Shown here: positions 41,626 to 51,787 of the stretch, piece after piece | Layout: each line of letters begins with the position of its first letter | Position numbering within the stretch: position 1 is the first letter of the stretch | IMG/VR virus record: IMGVR_UViG_3300010400_000001 | Span: 32,001-96,000 of that record | From: a virus | Length of the DNA: 64,000 nt | Direction: 5' to 3' (one strand) | Notes under the pieces: model-generated | Told to the model about the DNA's origin: nothing | What the model saw: only the letters and a program-made list of their open reading frames with translations | Databases searched by the model: none | Translations under genes and position numbers: made by a program

Positions 41626-41671
41626 GCAGGACTGAAGACGCGGGCACCATCCCCCGTCAAAAGGCTACAAA

Positions 41672-42364
41672 ATGGGACGTTTTCTCGTGCGACTATCGAC
41701 CGATGAGATGAAGGAGGCGCGAGGGATCGCGCGCCATCGCGGCGACACTGGACCAATGGAGGCCCTCGGCGAGCAGGCGATTGCGATCGGTTTTCGGCGG
41801 AAGTGGGACGGAGAATTTACGAACCTTCACAAGTGGGATTCGTGGAAGCGGATTGGCGTGACGCCTGCCGGCCTTATCGTGAAGCTCACTAGGTCGGGTC
41901 TTGCAGATCTCGAGCTCGATGAGGCGGTGCCCGGCGACCACGCCGTCGTCCTGGTCGCCACGCCCGAGCCCGGGCTCTTCGTCTTTCTCGGCTGGACGAT
42001 GGCGAGTGAAGCGAAGAAGGAGACCTTCTGGCGCGCTACCACGAAACAGTTCGTGTTTCCGCATGCGTCTCTTCGCTCGTGCTGGGAGCTACGACGTCGG
42101 CCGCGGAACTCGAGCGGACGACTGAACGCAAACGATCCGGCGGACGACTTCGCCGGCGGCGGCCGCTACCCGCACATGCTCGACACGGACACGGGGAAGC
42201 ATCCGGCTACGTACGGGAACATCATCACGTCGAAGTGGGCCCTTCCGTGCCGGCGGTGCCAGAAAATTATCCCCGTTGGGGTAGCTGTCGGTGGTAACCA
42301 GCGTACCGGGACGATCCATGGTGACCCGAAGGACTGCGGCTTCAAGGCGACCACCGACGAGTGA
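41672..42364 (+). CDS. Hypothetical protein, possibly degenerate PD-(D/E)XK fold plus zinc finger
   Basis: GE.A...VK..R...D..VLV...LGW pattern; CRRC...H...C. Confidence 0.6.
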   Translation: MGRFLVRLSTDEMKEARGIARHRGDTGPMEALGEQAIAIGFRRKWDGEFTNLHKWDSWKRIGVTPAGLIVKLTRSGLADLELDEAVPGDHAVVLVATPEPGLFVFLGWTMASEAKKETFWRATTKQFVFPHASLRSCWELRRRPRNSSGRLNANDPADDFAGGGRYPHMLDTDTGKHPATYGNIITSKWALPCRRCQKIIPVGVAVGGNQRTGTIHGDPKDCGFKATTDE

Positions 42365-42379
42365 GCGCGCATTCAGAAC

Positions 42380-42412
42380 TTGACTGGGATATGCCATCGA
42401 CAGTATGTCGAT
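42380..42412 (+). promoter_or_regulatory. Putative promoter (TTGACT) overlapped by palindrome ATCGACA-gta-TGTCGAT
   Basis: Palindrome 42396-42412 immediately upstream of the RHH gene. Confidence 0.55.
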
Positions 42413-42419
42413 AGGTCCC

Positions 42420-42626
42420 ATGTCCGACAAAATTTCTACGATGCCGGTGAGAAAGAAACGCGGGCGACCTCGCCCCAATCACTTCTTCGTCATGCTCGAC
42501 GAGGAAGATCGCATTGCGCTCGAGGAAGCAGCGAAACTCGAGAAGCTTACAAAGAGCGACGTGCTTCGGCGCGCGCTCCGCGCTTACTACCGAGAACTAC
42601 GTAAAACACAGGCCATCGCCAGCTAG
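42420..42626 (+). CDS. CopG/RHH DNA-binding protein with AT-hook-like RGRPR
   Basis: FFVML....IAL...A....LTKSDVLRRAL. Confidence 0.75.
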   Translation: MSDKISTMPVRKKRGRPRPNHFFVMLDEEDRIALEEAAKLEKLTKSDVLRRALRAYYRELRKTQAIAS

Positions 42627-42644
42627 CCCGAGGAGTCAACCAAA

Positions 42645-43487
42645 ATGGGATTCCTCATCGATCCACGCATGTGGGACGACCCGTGGTTTCGTGGGCTCAA
42701 GTCGCCAGGAGCTCGAGAACTCTGGATGGGGTGCCTTCTCAGCCGTATCCGAACGAGCCTTCCTGGGCTCGTAGCGAATGCTGGCGTTCTCGTGCTCGGC
42801 GAGACGTTGGCGAGGCCCGTCGAGTTCATCCAAGAGGGCATCGAAGAGCTGCTTTTGCCGGACAAAAACGGAAAGCAACACTTTTTTTGGGATTCTGATT
42901 CGAGGGTCATTCGCATCCCGATGGCGCCGAAGTACCAAAAAGCCGAAAACCCGAATCAGCTGCTCGGTTGGTACCGAAACTGGCGGGACATCCCAGAGTG
43001 CCAGCTCAAGTGGGACCACCTCGGGACGCTGCCGCTCGGGGTGAACTTCGAAAACAAGAACATGCGGCAGCTGTGGGCGGAGATTTTTGGCCCCATCGTC
43101 GACGCTCACAACCGCGGGGTGAAGCTCACGAGCAACGCCGAGCTTCCAGCAGGCTGGCGGCCGTCGCGAGGCAAGAAGCCTCTGGATCTGGATCTGAAAG
43201 GGGATCTGAAAGGGGATCGGGATCTGGATCTGGATCTGGATCCCACGGTTACCCAAACCGTTTCGAAACGGTTACAAGTTGTTAAAATCACACCAGAACC
43301 CCAGAATCGGAAAAATCCCGCAAGTCGTTCGCAAAATCACAGCACGACCGGTCGTAAAAGTTTAGTGGGGTCGGGCGGGGCCACCGATAGCACCAGTCTC
43401 CGGGCTACCGATGACCCGGAAGTACTTGAAAAGAATGGGTGGAAGAAGACGAAGGGCGGCACGTGGATGCCTCCCGGTTACTGTTAA
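42645..43487 (+). CDS. Phage replication initiator protein
   Basis: MWDD.WF..L....RELW N-terminus, DLDLDL linker, contains iterons, precedes DnaC/DnaB. Confidence 0.7.
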   Translation: MGFLIDPRMWDDPWFRGLKSPGARELWMGCLLSRIRTSLPGLVANAGVLVLGETLARPVEFIQEGIEELLLPDKNGKQHFFWDSDSRVIRIPMAPKYQKAENPNQLLGWYRNWRDIPECQLKWDHLGTLPLGVNFENKNMRQLWAEIFGPIVDAHNRGVKLTSNAELPAGWRPSRGKKPLDLDLKGDLKGDRDLDLDLDPTVTQTVSKRLQVVKITPEPQNRKNPASRSQNHSTTGRKSLVGSGGATDSTSLRATDDPEVLEKNGWKKTKGGTWMPPGYC

Positions 43488-43569
43488 ACCCTTTCGAAAC
43501 CGTTTACCTAACCGTTTCGAAACGGTTACCCAAACCGTTTACCTAACCGTTCCGGAACCCTTCCGAAGG
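43246..43569. repeat. Iteron-like origin: ~12-bp AACCGTT(T/A)-type repeats in two blocks
   Basis: Palindrome AACCGTTTCGAAACGGTT at 43256 and 43510; tandem variants 43484-43569. Confidence 0.75.
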
Positions 43570-43572
43570 CAC

Positions 43573-44466
43573 ATGGACCACGTTCAGAAGTCATTCGACG
43601 ACGTAACTGCCGAATTTTCCTTGGCAAGGTCCAGGGACCAACAAGAACTCAAGGCTGCCTCGAGTGCCGCGGGAAGCCCCGGGAAGGTCCTAGCAACGCT
43701 CGCCCCGCTCGTTTCCGCGGCGTGCCCGGTCGACATCAGCGAAGCGGGTCTCGTGTCGCACCCGACCGTTTGGTACCGGGACTCCGAGCGTCGACTGAAG
43801 CTTTGTGGGCAATGCCCCCCGCACGGCGGCGCCTGCGCGGAGGACGAGACGTCGCTCCGTGTGGGCAAGGTGCCTACCTGGGAGGGCGAGGTACTCCGGG
43901 CGCTGCCGTGCGCGCGCTGGCAAGAGCATCGGGTGCGAGAGCGTCTGCGCGGGAGCGGCGTCCCCCGGGCGCTCCTGAACTCGACCTTCAGCGATTTCGA
44001 TCAGCCAACCGCGGGCTCGGAGCTCTCGAAGCTTCCGGAGTTCGTCTCGAGTCTGCTTCGGCACGAGCCCGGTTGGCTAGTCGTCACGGGTCCGCACGGC
44101 AGCGGCAAGACGCGTCTCTCGGTCGCGACGCTTCGAAGTCTCGTTACACGCGCGCCTCGAGCGCTGCTCTGGTACGCCGACGTCCCGTCAGTCCGTGCGT
44201 TCATGAAACAACGCTACGACTCGGACGAGACGATGGGCGATCCGTTCGAGCACGCGCGCATGGCCGACGTCACGGTGATCGACAATCTCGATCCGCAGAA
44301 AGCCGGAACCGAATCCTGGTTCACAGAGCGGCTCGAGGCCGTACTGCGACAACGCTTTCTCGATGAGCGCGCGACGATCGTGACCACGCGCTCGACCACC
44401 GAAGAGCTCGCCAAACATTTTCGTTCGGTAACGTTCGACGAGGTCCCTGTTTGCAGCCTGCAGTAA
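43573..44466 (+). CDS. DnaC/IstB-like helicase loader ATPase
   Basis: CxxC region, Walker A GPHGSGKT, Walker B VIDNL, TIVTT; start trimmed to MDHVQ. Confidence 0.8.
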   Translation: MDHVQKSFDDVTAEFSLARSRDQQELKAASSAAGSPGKVLATLAPLVSAACPVDISEAGLVSHPTVWYRDSERRLKLCGQCPPHGGACAEDETSLRVGKVPTWEGEVLRALPCARWQEHRVRERLRGSGVPRALLNSTFSDFDQPTAGSELSKLPEFVSSLLRHEPGWLVVTGPHGSGKTRLSVATLRSLVTRAPRALLWYADVPSVRAFMKQRYDSDETMGDPFEHARMADVTVIDNLDPQKAGTESWFTERLEAVLRQRFLDERATIVTTRSTTEELAKHFRSVTFDEVPVCSLQ

Positions 44467-45890
44467 AGCAACCCGCTGAGCTTCGGCCGCGAGAGGGTAG
44501 GCCGCCGCCGCTAGATCTCGACGCGGAGGCTGCGGTGCTGAGCACCGTGCTGCTCGTCCCAGCAGCGTTCGATGAAGTCGCCGGCGTGCTCCAGGCTCAC
44601 ATGTTTTACTCCGAGGCGAACAAACGCATCTTCGAAGCCGCGACCTCGCTCAGGCAAGCCGAGAGCGCGATCGATTTCGTGACGGTCGCCGCGTGGCTCA
44701 ATCGCGAAGGGAAACTCGCCGTCGTCGGTGGGACGCCGTATCTCACGATGCTGACGGACGAGACGCCGTTCGTGAACAACGTTCTCCACCACGCCGAGAT
44801 CGTGCGCGACCGATGGCAACTCCGCCGGCTCATCGTCGAGTGTCAGAATTACGCCGCGCTCGCATACACGTCGAGTGAGCCGGCGATCACGATCGTTCAA
44901 GCCGCGGAGGGCGCGATCGCCGAGCTCTCGGTGCACGGCGCCGGCAAAGACCTCGAGCACGTCGGCACGATCATCGAATCCGAAGTCGAAGTGCTCGCAA
45001 CGATCCAAACCGACGGCGTTCGTAATCACGGGACCGGGATCCCAACCGGCTTCGAAAATCTCGACGGGCTCATGGGCGGTCTCCATCGCGGCGACCTGTA
45101 CATCGTCGCTGGTCGCCCCGGCATGGGCAAATCGTCGCTCGCAAGAAACGTTGCCGTGAACGTAGCGCGCCCCCGCCGTCACGCAGTTGCATTCTTCACG
45201 CTCGAGATGCCGAAGAGCCAAGTCGCGATCGGTTTCGCATGCAGCGAGCGCGACGTCCGAATGGCGAACGTCAGAAAAAATGCACTTGGTCCAGACGAGT
45301 GGGAAAACTTCAAACTCGGCGCGCGCGAACTCGCGTCTTACCCGATTTGGATCGACGACACGCCGGCGCTCTCGCTCTTCGACATTCGGGCTCGCGTGCG
45401 AAAGCTGCAGCGAGACATAGCGGCCAAGCGGACGCCGGTCGAGTGTGAAGAACTCGGTCTCGTTGTCGTGGACTACTTGCAACTCATGCGCGGCGTCAGG
45501 AGCTACAACGACAATCGAGAGAACGAAGTGTCGAGCCTGAGCCGCGGACTGAAAGAGCTCGCCAAAAACTTCAACGTGCCCGTGATGGCGCTCAGCCAAC
45601 TCAATCGCTCCGTCGAAACGAAGCCGAAGAAAGATCGCCGTCCACAGCTTTCAGATCTCCGCGAGTCGGGAGCGATCGAGCAAGACGCCGACGCCGTCGG
45701 GTTCGTTTACCGACCGGAGTACTACGACAAGGAAGCGCGCAAGGGCGACGCCGAGTTCATCATCGCGAAACAGCGTAACGGCCCGCCAGGAACCGTCACG
45801 ATGCACTTCAAGGGCGACTCGATGCGCTTTTACGAACGAGCGCACGAGACCCTCGAAGAGCTCGAGTCCGACTTCATCGAAGACCGATGA
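44451..45890 (+). CDS. dnaB: Replicative DNA helicase
   Basis: EAAVL, GRPGMGKS, LEM, VVDYLQL, LSQLNR, SDLRESGAIEQDAD, AKQRNGP. Confidence 0.95.
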   Translation: MQPAVKQPAELRPREGRPPPLDLDAEAAVLSTVLLVPAAFDEVAGVLQAHMFYSEANKRIFEAATSLRQAESAIDFVTVAAWLNREGKLAVVGGTPYLTMLTDETPFVNNVLHHAEIVRDRWQLRRLIVECQNYAALAYTSSEPAITIVQAAEGAIAELSVHGAGKDLEHVGTIIESEVEVLATIQTDGVRNHGTGIPTGFENLDGLMGGLHRGDLYIVAGRPGMGKSSLARNVAVNVARPRRHAVAFFTLEMPKSQVAIGFACSERDVRMANVRKNALGPDEWENFKLGARELASYPIWIDDTPALSLFDIRARVRKLQRDIAAKRTPVECEELGLVVVDYLQLMRGVRSYNDNRENEVSSLSRGLKELAKNFNVPVMALSQLNRSVETKPKKDRRPQLSDLRESGAIEQDADAVGFVYRPEYYDKEARKGDAEFIIAKQRNGPPGTVTMHFKGDSMRFYERAHETLEELESDFIEDR

Positions 45891-45954
45891 ATCCTGCCGT
45901 ACGCGCGATGGCGCTTGAGCCTGCCCGGGCCTGCCGCTAGTCTGTGACTCACCG

Positions 45955-47439
45955 ATGGCCAGGGACGACGTCACGCTCTACGACATCCCACCTGCGTTTC
46001 AGAAGCGGCTCCTGAAGTGGCTCGACAAGGGCGACGGCGTCCAGCTCACGGCGTATGCGGGAGGCTTCAACGTGCGGGCACTCGGTCCGTACGGCGAGCC
46101 GTTCACTGCGCGCACGTTCGAAGCGGCGCTCCTCGGCGCGATGAAGTCGCGCGCGGAGCAGCAGATCGATCCCGAGTTCGGTCGGCGCGTGCATGCGTGG
46201 CTCGAGGCGCATGACGCGGAGATGACCATCACGTCGCCGAAGACGAATCAGTTTCGTATGCGTCTCCTCGCGGACGACGGTCGCCTTGTCGCCGCCGCGA
46301 TCGACGAAGATCTCGAGGTCGCTCTCGTGTTCGCCGAAGATCAGTTTCTCGCGCTGCTAGGCGAAGAGCCGGAGGAAGAGCCCGAGACCAGTCCGGCTCG
46401 TACTCGTCATCGCGAAGAAGTCGAACCCGAGACGATCGCGGCAGAGACTCGAGCAGCAGAGACACGCGCCATGGATCCGAAAACGACGCGAACGCTCTTC
46501 GACGATCAGCTCACGATGCCCGCGCGCTACTCGCGCAATGCCGACATGCCGCCGCCCAGGCGCGGAGCGCGCCGCTCGCGCGAGCTTCCGAGCGTGCGTC
46601 GCATGGTCGAGCGCGAAGAAGCTCGGCAGCGCAGAGCCGAGCGTCCGTTCGATCCGGAAGCACCACGCGCGCACTACGCGAAGTCGCATCACTTCGCAGT
46701 GAACGAGTCGGGCTATGGCTACGGGCCAAGCGAGACCGGGCGCTACGTGCTGTTTCACGACAGTCGCGAGGTGATGCGCGGAACCGAAGCAGAGATCTGG
46801 AAAGAGCTCCCCCGGCACCCGTACAGCGTGGAGCACGCGCTTCGCCACGAGGGCTATCACATCGAGGCCGAGGTCCCGTCCATGGCGGTGAACTCGTCGT
46901 GGCCCGAGTACTACGAAGACGTCGTTGAGGAACTGAAGAAGCTCGGTCTTCGTCGCTCGGACGCTGACGACTACGCCTCGAAGATCCGCGCGAGCTGGTC
47001 AACGGCGCAATCGCCCGCGCGAGTCGCGCGCGAGATCAAAGCCATCGAGTCGGGCGAGCTTCGACAGAACCAAGAGCGCGACGTGCTTCGTGACGTGATG
47101 CTCGCCGACACGGGCTACCGACTCGTCGTCTGGGACACGCATCGCACGGATCATCGCGGGCAGACGGTCATGGGTTACGAGTTCTTCGAACCAGGCGAGC
47201 CCGAGCCTCTCTTCACCGGCGAAGACTTTGCGGGTTCGCCGATGCACGGGGATGATTCGGACGAGACCGTGCGATCTCTTCTCGGCTTTCTCACGCTCCG
47301 TCCGGGCGATACGGATCGCGAGTACTTCGACGCCTACACGCCGCGGCAGATGGCGTTTGCCGAGGGCGATGCCGAAGAGCTAGCAATGTTCGGCATGGAC
47401 GACCCAGAGTTCGACCCGCCGCCACTGGTCGATCGCTGA
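45955..47439 (+). CDS. Multi-module hypothetical protein
   Basis: 494-aa ORF of short modules separated by low-complexity linkers. Confidence 0.7.
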   Translation: MARDDVTLYDIPPAFQKRLLKWLDKGDGVQLTAYAGGFNVRALGPYGEPFTARTFEAALLGAMKSRAEQQIDPEFGRRVHAWLEAHDAEMTITSPKTNQFRMRLLADDGRLVAAAIDEDLEVALVFAEDQFLALLGEEPEEEPETSPARTRHREEVEPETIAAETRAAETRAMDPKTTRTLFDDQLTMPARYSRNADMPPPRRGARRSRELPSVRRMVEREEARQRRAERPFDPEAPRAHYAKSHHFAVNESGYGYGPSETGRYVLFHDSREVMRGTEAEIWKELPRHPYSVEHALRHEGYHIEAEVPSMAVNSSWPEYYEDVVEELKKLGLRRSDADDYASKIRASWSTAQSPARVAREIKAIESGELRQNQERDVLRDVMLADTGYRLVVWDTHRTDHRGQTVMGYEFFEPGEPEPLFTGEDFAGSPMHGDDSDETVRSLLGFLTLRPGDTDREYFDAYTPRQMAFAEGDAEELAMFGMDDPEFDPPPLVDR

Positions 47440-47506
47440 TCTGGCAGGATTAACGCCCCGGCGTTTCTCTAGACATGTACCCGGGGAGTCCTGTACTCTT
47501 TGGACC

Positions 47507-48025
47507 ATGCCGTTCACCGTCATCTCGTACCAAGACCCCACCTTTTTCGCGAATGCGTTCCCCCCGCCCGCAGTCGCGTTTCTGACCAAGGTAATCGAGA
47601 GTGCGGATCCGGAAGACATGCGAGTGCGCGTTGCCGCTGCGCTCGCGGAAGTCGTCGCGCTGAACGTGCTCATCGCCGCTGCGTTTCCGGATGACAACGA
47701 TCCGCAGCTCACGCTCACCGACTGCGACCTCGCCGGTGGCGGCGACGGTCATCCGTTCGTGTTCACGATGTTCTTCGTTCCGCAGACGGCGAACGTTCTG
47801 GCGGCGATCATCGACCTCACGCCAGGCGACATGGCGCCGCAAAATTTCCGGTTCGAGTTCGCGCTCGCCGGCGAAGGCGAAAAGCTCGATTCGGAAATCA
47901 ACGCCGCTCTCATCCGGGCCATCGGCGGCATCGACGCGACGATTCTTTTCCAGAACACGCGCGGCGCGGCCAAGGGCACGCGGTTCATGTTCTGCGTCGG
48001 CGGCTTGCCCGAAAACATCGGGTAG
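47507..48025 (+). CDS. Stand-alone LAGAGDG-family protein (orphan copy)
   Basis: ESADPE, DCDLAGGGDGHPF, EFALA, GAAKGTRFM. Confidence 0.8.
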   Translation: MPFTVISYQDPTFFANAFPPPAVAFLTKVIESADPEDMRVRVAAALAEVVALNVLIAAAFPDDNDPQLTLTDCDLAGGGDGHPFVFTMFFVPQTANVLAAIIDLTPGDMAPQNFRFEFALAGEGEKLDSEINAALIRAIGGIDATILFQNTRGAAKGTRFMFCVGGLPENIG

Positions 48026-48035
48026 GTTCCCGTAA

Positions 48036-48063
48036 AAAACCGGAGGCATATCCCTCCGGTTTT
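48036..48063. terminator. Bidirectional intrinsic terminator
   Basis: AAAACCGGAGG-catatc-CCTCCGGTTTT. Confidence 0.75.
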
Positions 48064-48104
48064 ATTCGGTTGAATCGCTCGCCCCCGTCCGTATCCTGGA
48101 CGGC

Positions 48105-49228
48105 ATGATCGAAGCCGAGCCGTTCGGTCCGTTTCCGCCGGGGACTCCGGAGCCACCGGCGCACGCGAAAACCATCGAGCTCGGTAACGACGAGGTGCTC
48201 GCGGCCGTGATGGCGTATGTCGGCCGCGAGAGGAATGAGCACTACCCGGGCTACGCTTTCTTGCAGGCCCAGGTCACGAGCGGCCCATCGCCTACCATCA
48301 CGCTGCGCGTGACTTACTGGAAGACCGAGGAAGCGGCGAAGTGAAGAGCGGCACCGCGCACTCTCTCGTCAGCGACGTGACCCCGTGGTGGTGGGCTCAG
48401 CACTGGGAGAAGCGACTGCCCGGCGTCGCGATGACGCTCGACCTCATCGCGGGACGCGAAGACATCGAGACGATCTCGATTTCGCGAGACGGCGTGAAGG
48501 TCACCGTGATGATCGAGGAGGACGAAGACGTGGGCCTGCTCCAGGCGCGCACGGAAGAGCTGCGCTGGAAGCTCGACGAACTCGTGGACGCGGAAGGAGG
48601 GGCGACGTGAGCTGCGACATTGATGGCTACAACGAATTCGAGTCCATCAGCTATCCGAGAGCGCGGAAGGAGCACGAGTGCTGCGCCTGCAAAGAAACGA
48701 TTCGTCGCGGCGATAAGTACGAGCGCATCGCGTTCAAATGGGACGGCGAATTCGAATGCCTCGTGCGGTGCCTTCGCTGCTGCGCCATCGCCGAGGCTTG
48801 TCATGCGCGCTTAGCGGATTGGAACGAGGAGGGCGTGGCGTACCGCCTGAACTGTGGGCACGAGTGGTCGGAGCGCTTTGAAGAAGAGCCCCCGCCCGAG
48901 GTCGCTCGGCTTGCGTTTCTGACTCCGGATGAGGCGCAGCGCGAACTCCTCAAGCCTCCGCTGCGGAAGAGCGATGAGTGAGACAGAGCGCAAGTGGGAG
49001 CTGATCTTCCTTGTCGCTCAGCACGACGGGCCGGGATGGCAACCCCCGTACATCATCGAGCGCGAGGCCTATCATCTGCCCGAGCACAAGTGCTGGAACG
49101 TCAACGTTCGTGAGCCCGGGTGTCGCTCGAGGATGATTCAGTCCGTGCCCGAGGAGCGGGTTTACCGGACGCGAGAAGCCGCGGAGGAGCGCTTGCGAGA
49201 AGTGGCCAAAGAGGAGCCGCGGGAGTGA
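48105..49228 (+). CDS. Four small coupled genes (48105-48344, 48341-48610, 48607-48981 zinc finger, 48974-49228)
   Basis: Stop/start overlaps; ARKEH.C..C...I..G..Y..C..C in third gene. Confidence 0.6.
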
Positions 49229-49749
49229 TCTTCCTGCCGTGGGCGCTCGGCGTCGATCCTGGCTACCGGAATTTCGGCCTTGGGCTCATTACCCGCGACG
49301 CTCCGTCCGAGCCGTGGCGTGCCGTTCATGTGCAAACAGTACGCACGTCCTCGAAGCTCTCGTTTCATGAGCGCTCGGAAGTGATCTACGACGCCCTGGA
49401 GAGAGCCGTCGGGCAGCGCCTCGGCATCTCTAGTGGCGTCATTGGTTGCGAGAGCCAGATTGCGGCAGAGGGAAAGCGGCAACGCGGGCAGACGAGCTAC
49501 GAAGCGATGCTCGTGCAGCAGATCGTCGGCATCGTGCGGGCGATTGCCCTTCGTCACCGCATGCGATTCGAGGAGGTGCCGGTGACCGACGTGAAAGCGG
49601 TGCTCCGCGGCATCCCGCGCACGGCATCCAAGACGCAGGTCGCTCGTGCGACCCGCGCCGTCATCCGCGATTGTCCCGAGAAGATGTCTCCTCACGCCAC
49701 GGACGCTCTGGCCACTGCGCTGGCCGCAGCGAGGCGGTGCGTTCGATGA
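49225..49749 (+). CDS. ruvC: RuvC-like Holliday junction resolvase
   Basis: LGVDPG, E, VK....ASK.QV, H..DALA.A. Confidence 0.8.
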   Translation: MIFLPWALGVDPGYRNFGLGLITRDAPSEPWRAVHVQTVRTSSKLSFHERSEVIYDALERAVGQRLGISSGVIGCESQIAAEGKRQRGQTSYEAMLVQQIVGIVRAIALRHRMRFEEVPVTDVKAVLRGIPRTASKTQVARATRAVIRDCPEKMSPHATDALATALAAARRCVR

Positions 49750-50521
49750 CGTTAGAAGAGATCCCGGTGCTCTACCGGAACGTCTGGGCCATCTACGAGG
49801 CTCTCCGGCGCTTCGGTTTTTCCGATGACCAGATCCTGTACATCGCCGGCCCAGTCGTGCTCGTCACTGGCGAGGCTTATAGCGAGCCGTGGCTCTCCAT
49901 CGAGCTCCAGGCGCAGGGCACGACGTTCGTTGCCAACGTAGGGCCGCTCGATCGCGGGATCGACGAGGCCCGCGTGCTCTGGGAGAAGATCCGAGCTGGG
50001 ATCGGCGACCACTCGATTGAGGATGAGACGCTGCAGCGAATCTGGAAAGAGTCCGCAATGTCCGACGAGCGCGCCGTGCAGTCACTGGCGCTCGCGATCA
50101 TGAACCGAGGGATCGACATCCCGCTTCTCGCGAACTGATGGCAGACGAGCCGAAAGAAAAACGCTGGCTCGTCGCCGATAAGCGTGGCGGCGCGTACGGC
50201 ACCGTGAGGGGGCCCAGTTGGTTTGCGGCCCGACAGAAAGCGGAGCTCCGGTGGCGTGTCCCGCTTGCCTATCTGGCGGCGCGCGAGCAGCCCGTGCTTC
50301 CCGGAGAAGATGGGACAGACGACACGTTGTTCCGGCTTCTTGGAATTAACTACAGAGTCTTTCCGTTGGACTGGGTGTTGGGGGTTACGGATGCGCAGCC
50401 GTCCCCGCTGCCCTCGCTGGTGTGGTTTCCCGAGTGCACGTTGAAGTTTCCCGAGCTACCGCTGCTCCAGAAACGAAAGCCACGGAAGAAACGAAAGCGA
50501 CGACAAAAACATGGCCGATAA
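49746..50521 (+). CDS. Two hypothetical genes (49746-50138, 50138-50521)
   Basis: Coupled ORFs. Confidence 0.55.
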
Positions 50522-50942
50522 CGTGAACCACCCTCCGCACTACACGGCGCACGCCTCCGGCCACGAGGCCGTCGACATCTGCGAGCACATGAACTTCAAC
50601 CTCGGAAACGCCGTGAAGTATCTCTGGCGTCACTCCCACAAGGGAGCGCCGAAGGAAGATCTCAAAAAGTGCGCGTGGTATCTCCGCCGAGAGCGGGAGC
50701 GACTCATGAAGCGCGGGCTCCTCCGGACGCTTGTCGACTGGATCCGCCAGCGACACTTGGACCCAGTCGTGCTCTCGGCGATCGAAGACGTCTACCGAGT
50801 CGACCCGGGGATCCTCGGACAGGTGCTCATGCATCTCGCCGAGATGCCGCCAGCGATCGAAGGCGCACTCGAGCTCGTCGAAGAATTCATTCGCATGCGC
50901 GAGCAGTCGGAGAAAACAGCGACAGAGGAAACGGTGAACTAA
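50511..50942 (+). CDS. DUF3310 protein
   Basis: VNHPPHY..E..DI..FNLGNAVKYLWR...K...EDLKK..WYL. Confidence 0.88.
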   Translation: MADNVNHPPHYTAHASGHEAVDICEHMNFNLGNAVKYLWRHSHKGAPKEDLKKCAWYLRRERERLMKRGLLRTLVDWIRQRHLDPVVLSAIEDVYRVDPGILGQVLMHLAEMPPAIEGALELVEEFIRMREQSEKTATEETVN

Positions 50943-51776
50943 ATGGTCAGAATTCTTACAGAGGAACCAGTCGTCGCGCTCATCGGTCAGATGGCGCTCT
51001 GCCCCGAGGGCGTGAACGAGATGGCGGAGTGGGTTCGTTCACGAAGACCTGAATGCATGCCTGATGATTACGATCCGGCGGACGACGGGCGCTGGCGCAC
51101 GCTTTTCCCTCACAATCACACCGCCTCGCTCAGTGGCAACGAGCTCCTAGTCGAGCTCTCCGGGAGAAAGTGTTACGACTCGTTTGGGCTCAAAGCTGGC
51201 AAGAAGACGAACGCCGAGTACATCGCGAACACGCAAGCAGGCGACGTGCCGCACGCGAGCATCATGTATCATGCGAAGATGAGCTTCTTCATCGCCGGCG
51301 TCTCGCGCCGCGTATCGCACGAGCTCATTCGGCACTACGTCGGCGCCGATCGAACCGAGGAGGGCTCGCCCTCGCAGGAGTCAACACGCTACGTCGAGCA
51401 CTCCGGGTGCTACGTCGCTCACCCGGCGATCTTGGATAACGCGGACGAGCTCGGCGAATTCCACGAATCGATGGCCGATAACTACAGGGACTATCGCCGC
51501 TACATCAACCGACGTAGCGACCATTTCGAAGCGGCGCACGGCAAGCGACCGACCGGCATGGATCGGAAACGCATCTTCGAGAGCGCGAGTCCGTACCTGT
51601 CGCATGCGTGCGAAACCTCGTTCGTGTGGACGACGAACCCGATTGCGCTCGCCAAGATGTTTCGCGAGCGCGACCACGAGGCGGCAGATCTCGAATACCT
51701 CCGTCTCGCGCGGAAGTGGAAGCGGTTCTGCAAGGCGACGTGGCCGGGACTCTTTCCGCAGCCTTGGATGGCGTAG
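50943..51776 (+). CDS. thyX: Flavin-dependent thymidylate synthase-like protein
   Basis: GR.CY.S, H.S...H, SR..SHELIRH....SQESTRY. Confidence 0.8.
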   Translation: MVRILTEEPVVALIGQMALCPEGVNEMAEWVRSRRPECMPDDYDPADDGRWRTLFPHNHTASLSGNELLVELSGRKCYDSFGLKAGKKTNAEYIANTQAGDVPHASIMYHAKMSFFIAGVSRRVSHELIRHYVGADRTEEGSPSQESTRYVEHSGCYVAHPAILDNADELGEFHESMADNYRDYRRYINRRSDHFEAAHGKRPTGMDRKRIFESASPYLSHACETSFVWTTNPIALAKMFRERDHEAADLEYLRLARKWKRFCKATWPGLFPQPWMA

Positions 51777-51787
51777 CCAAGGTGACC

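Noticed and set aside
43411-43572. N-terminal extension of the DnaC-like ORF
   Set aside because: Translates the iteron block; SD-preceded ATG at 43573 is more plausible
44511-45599. 362-aa minus-strand ORF
   Set aside because: Antisense shadow of dnaB
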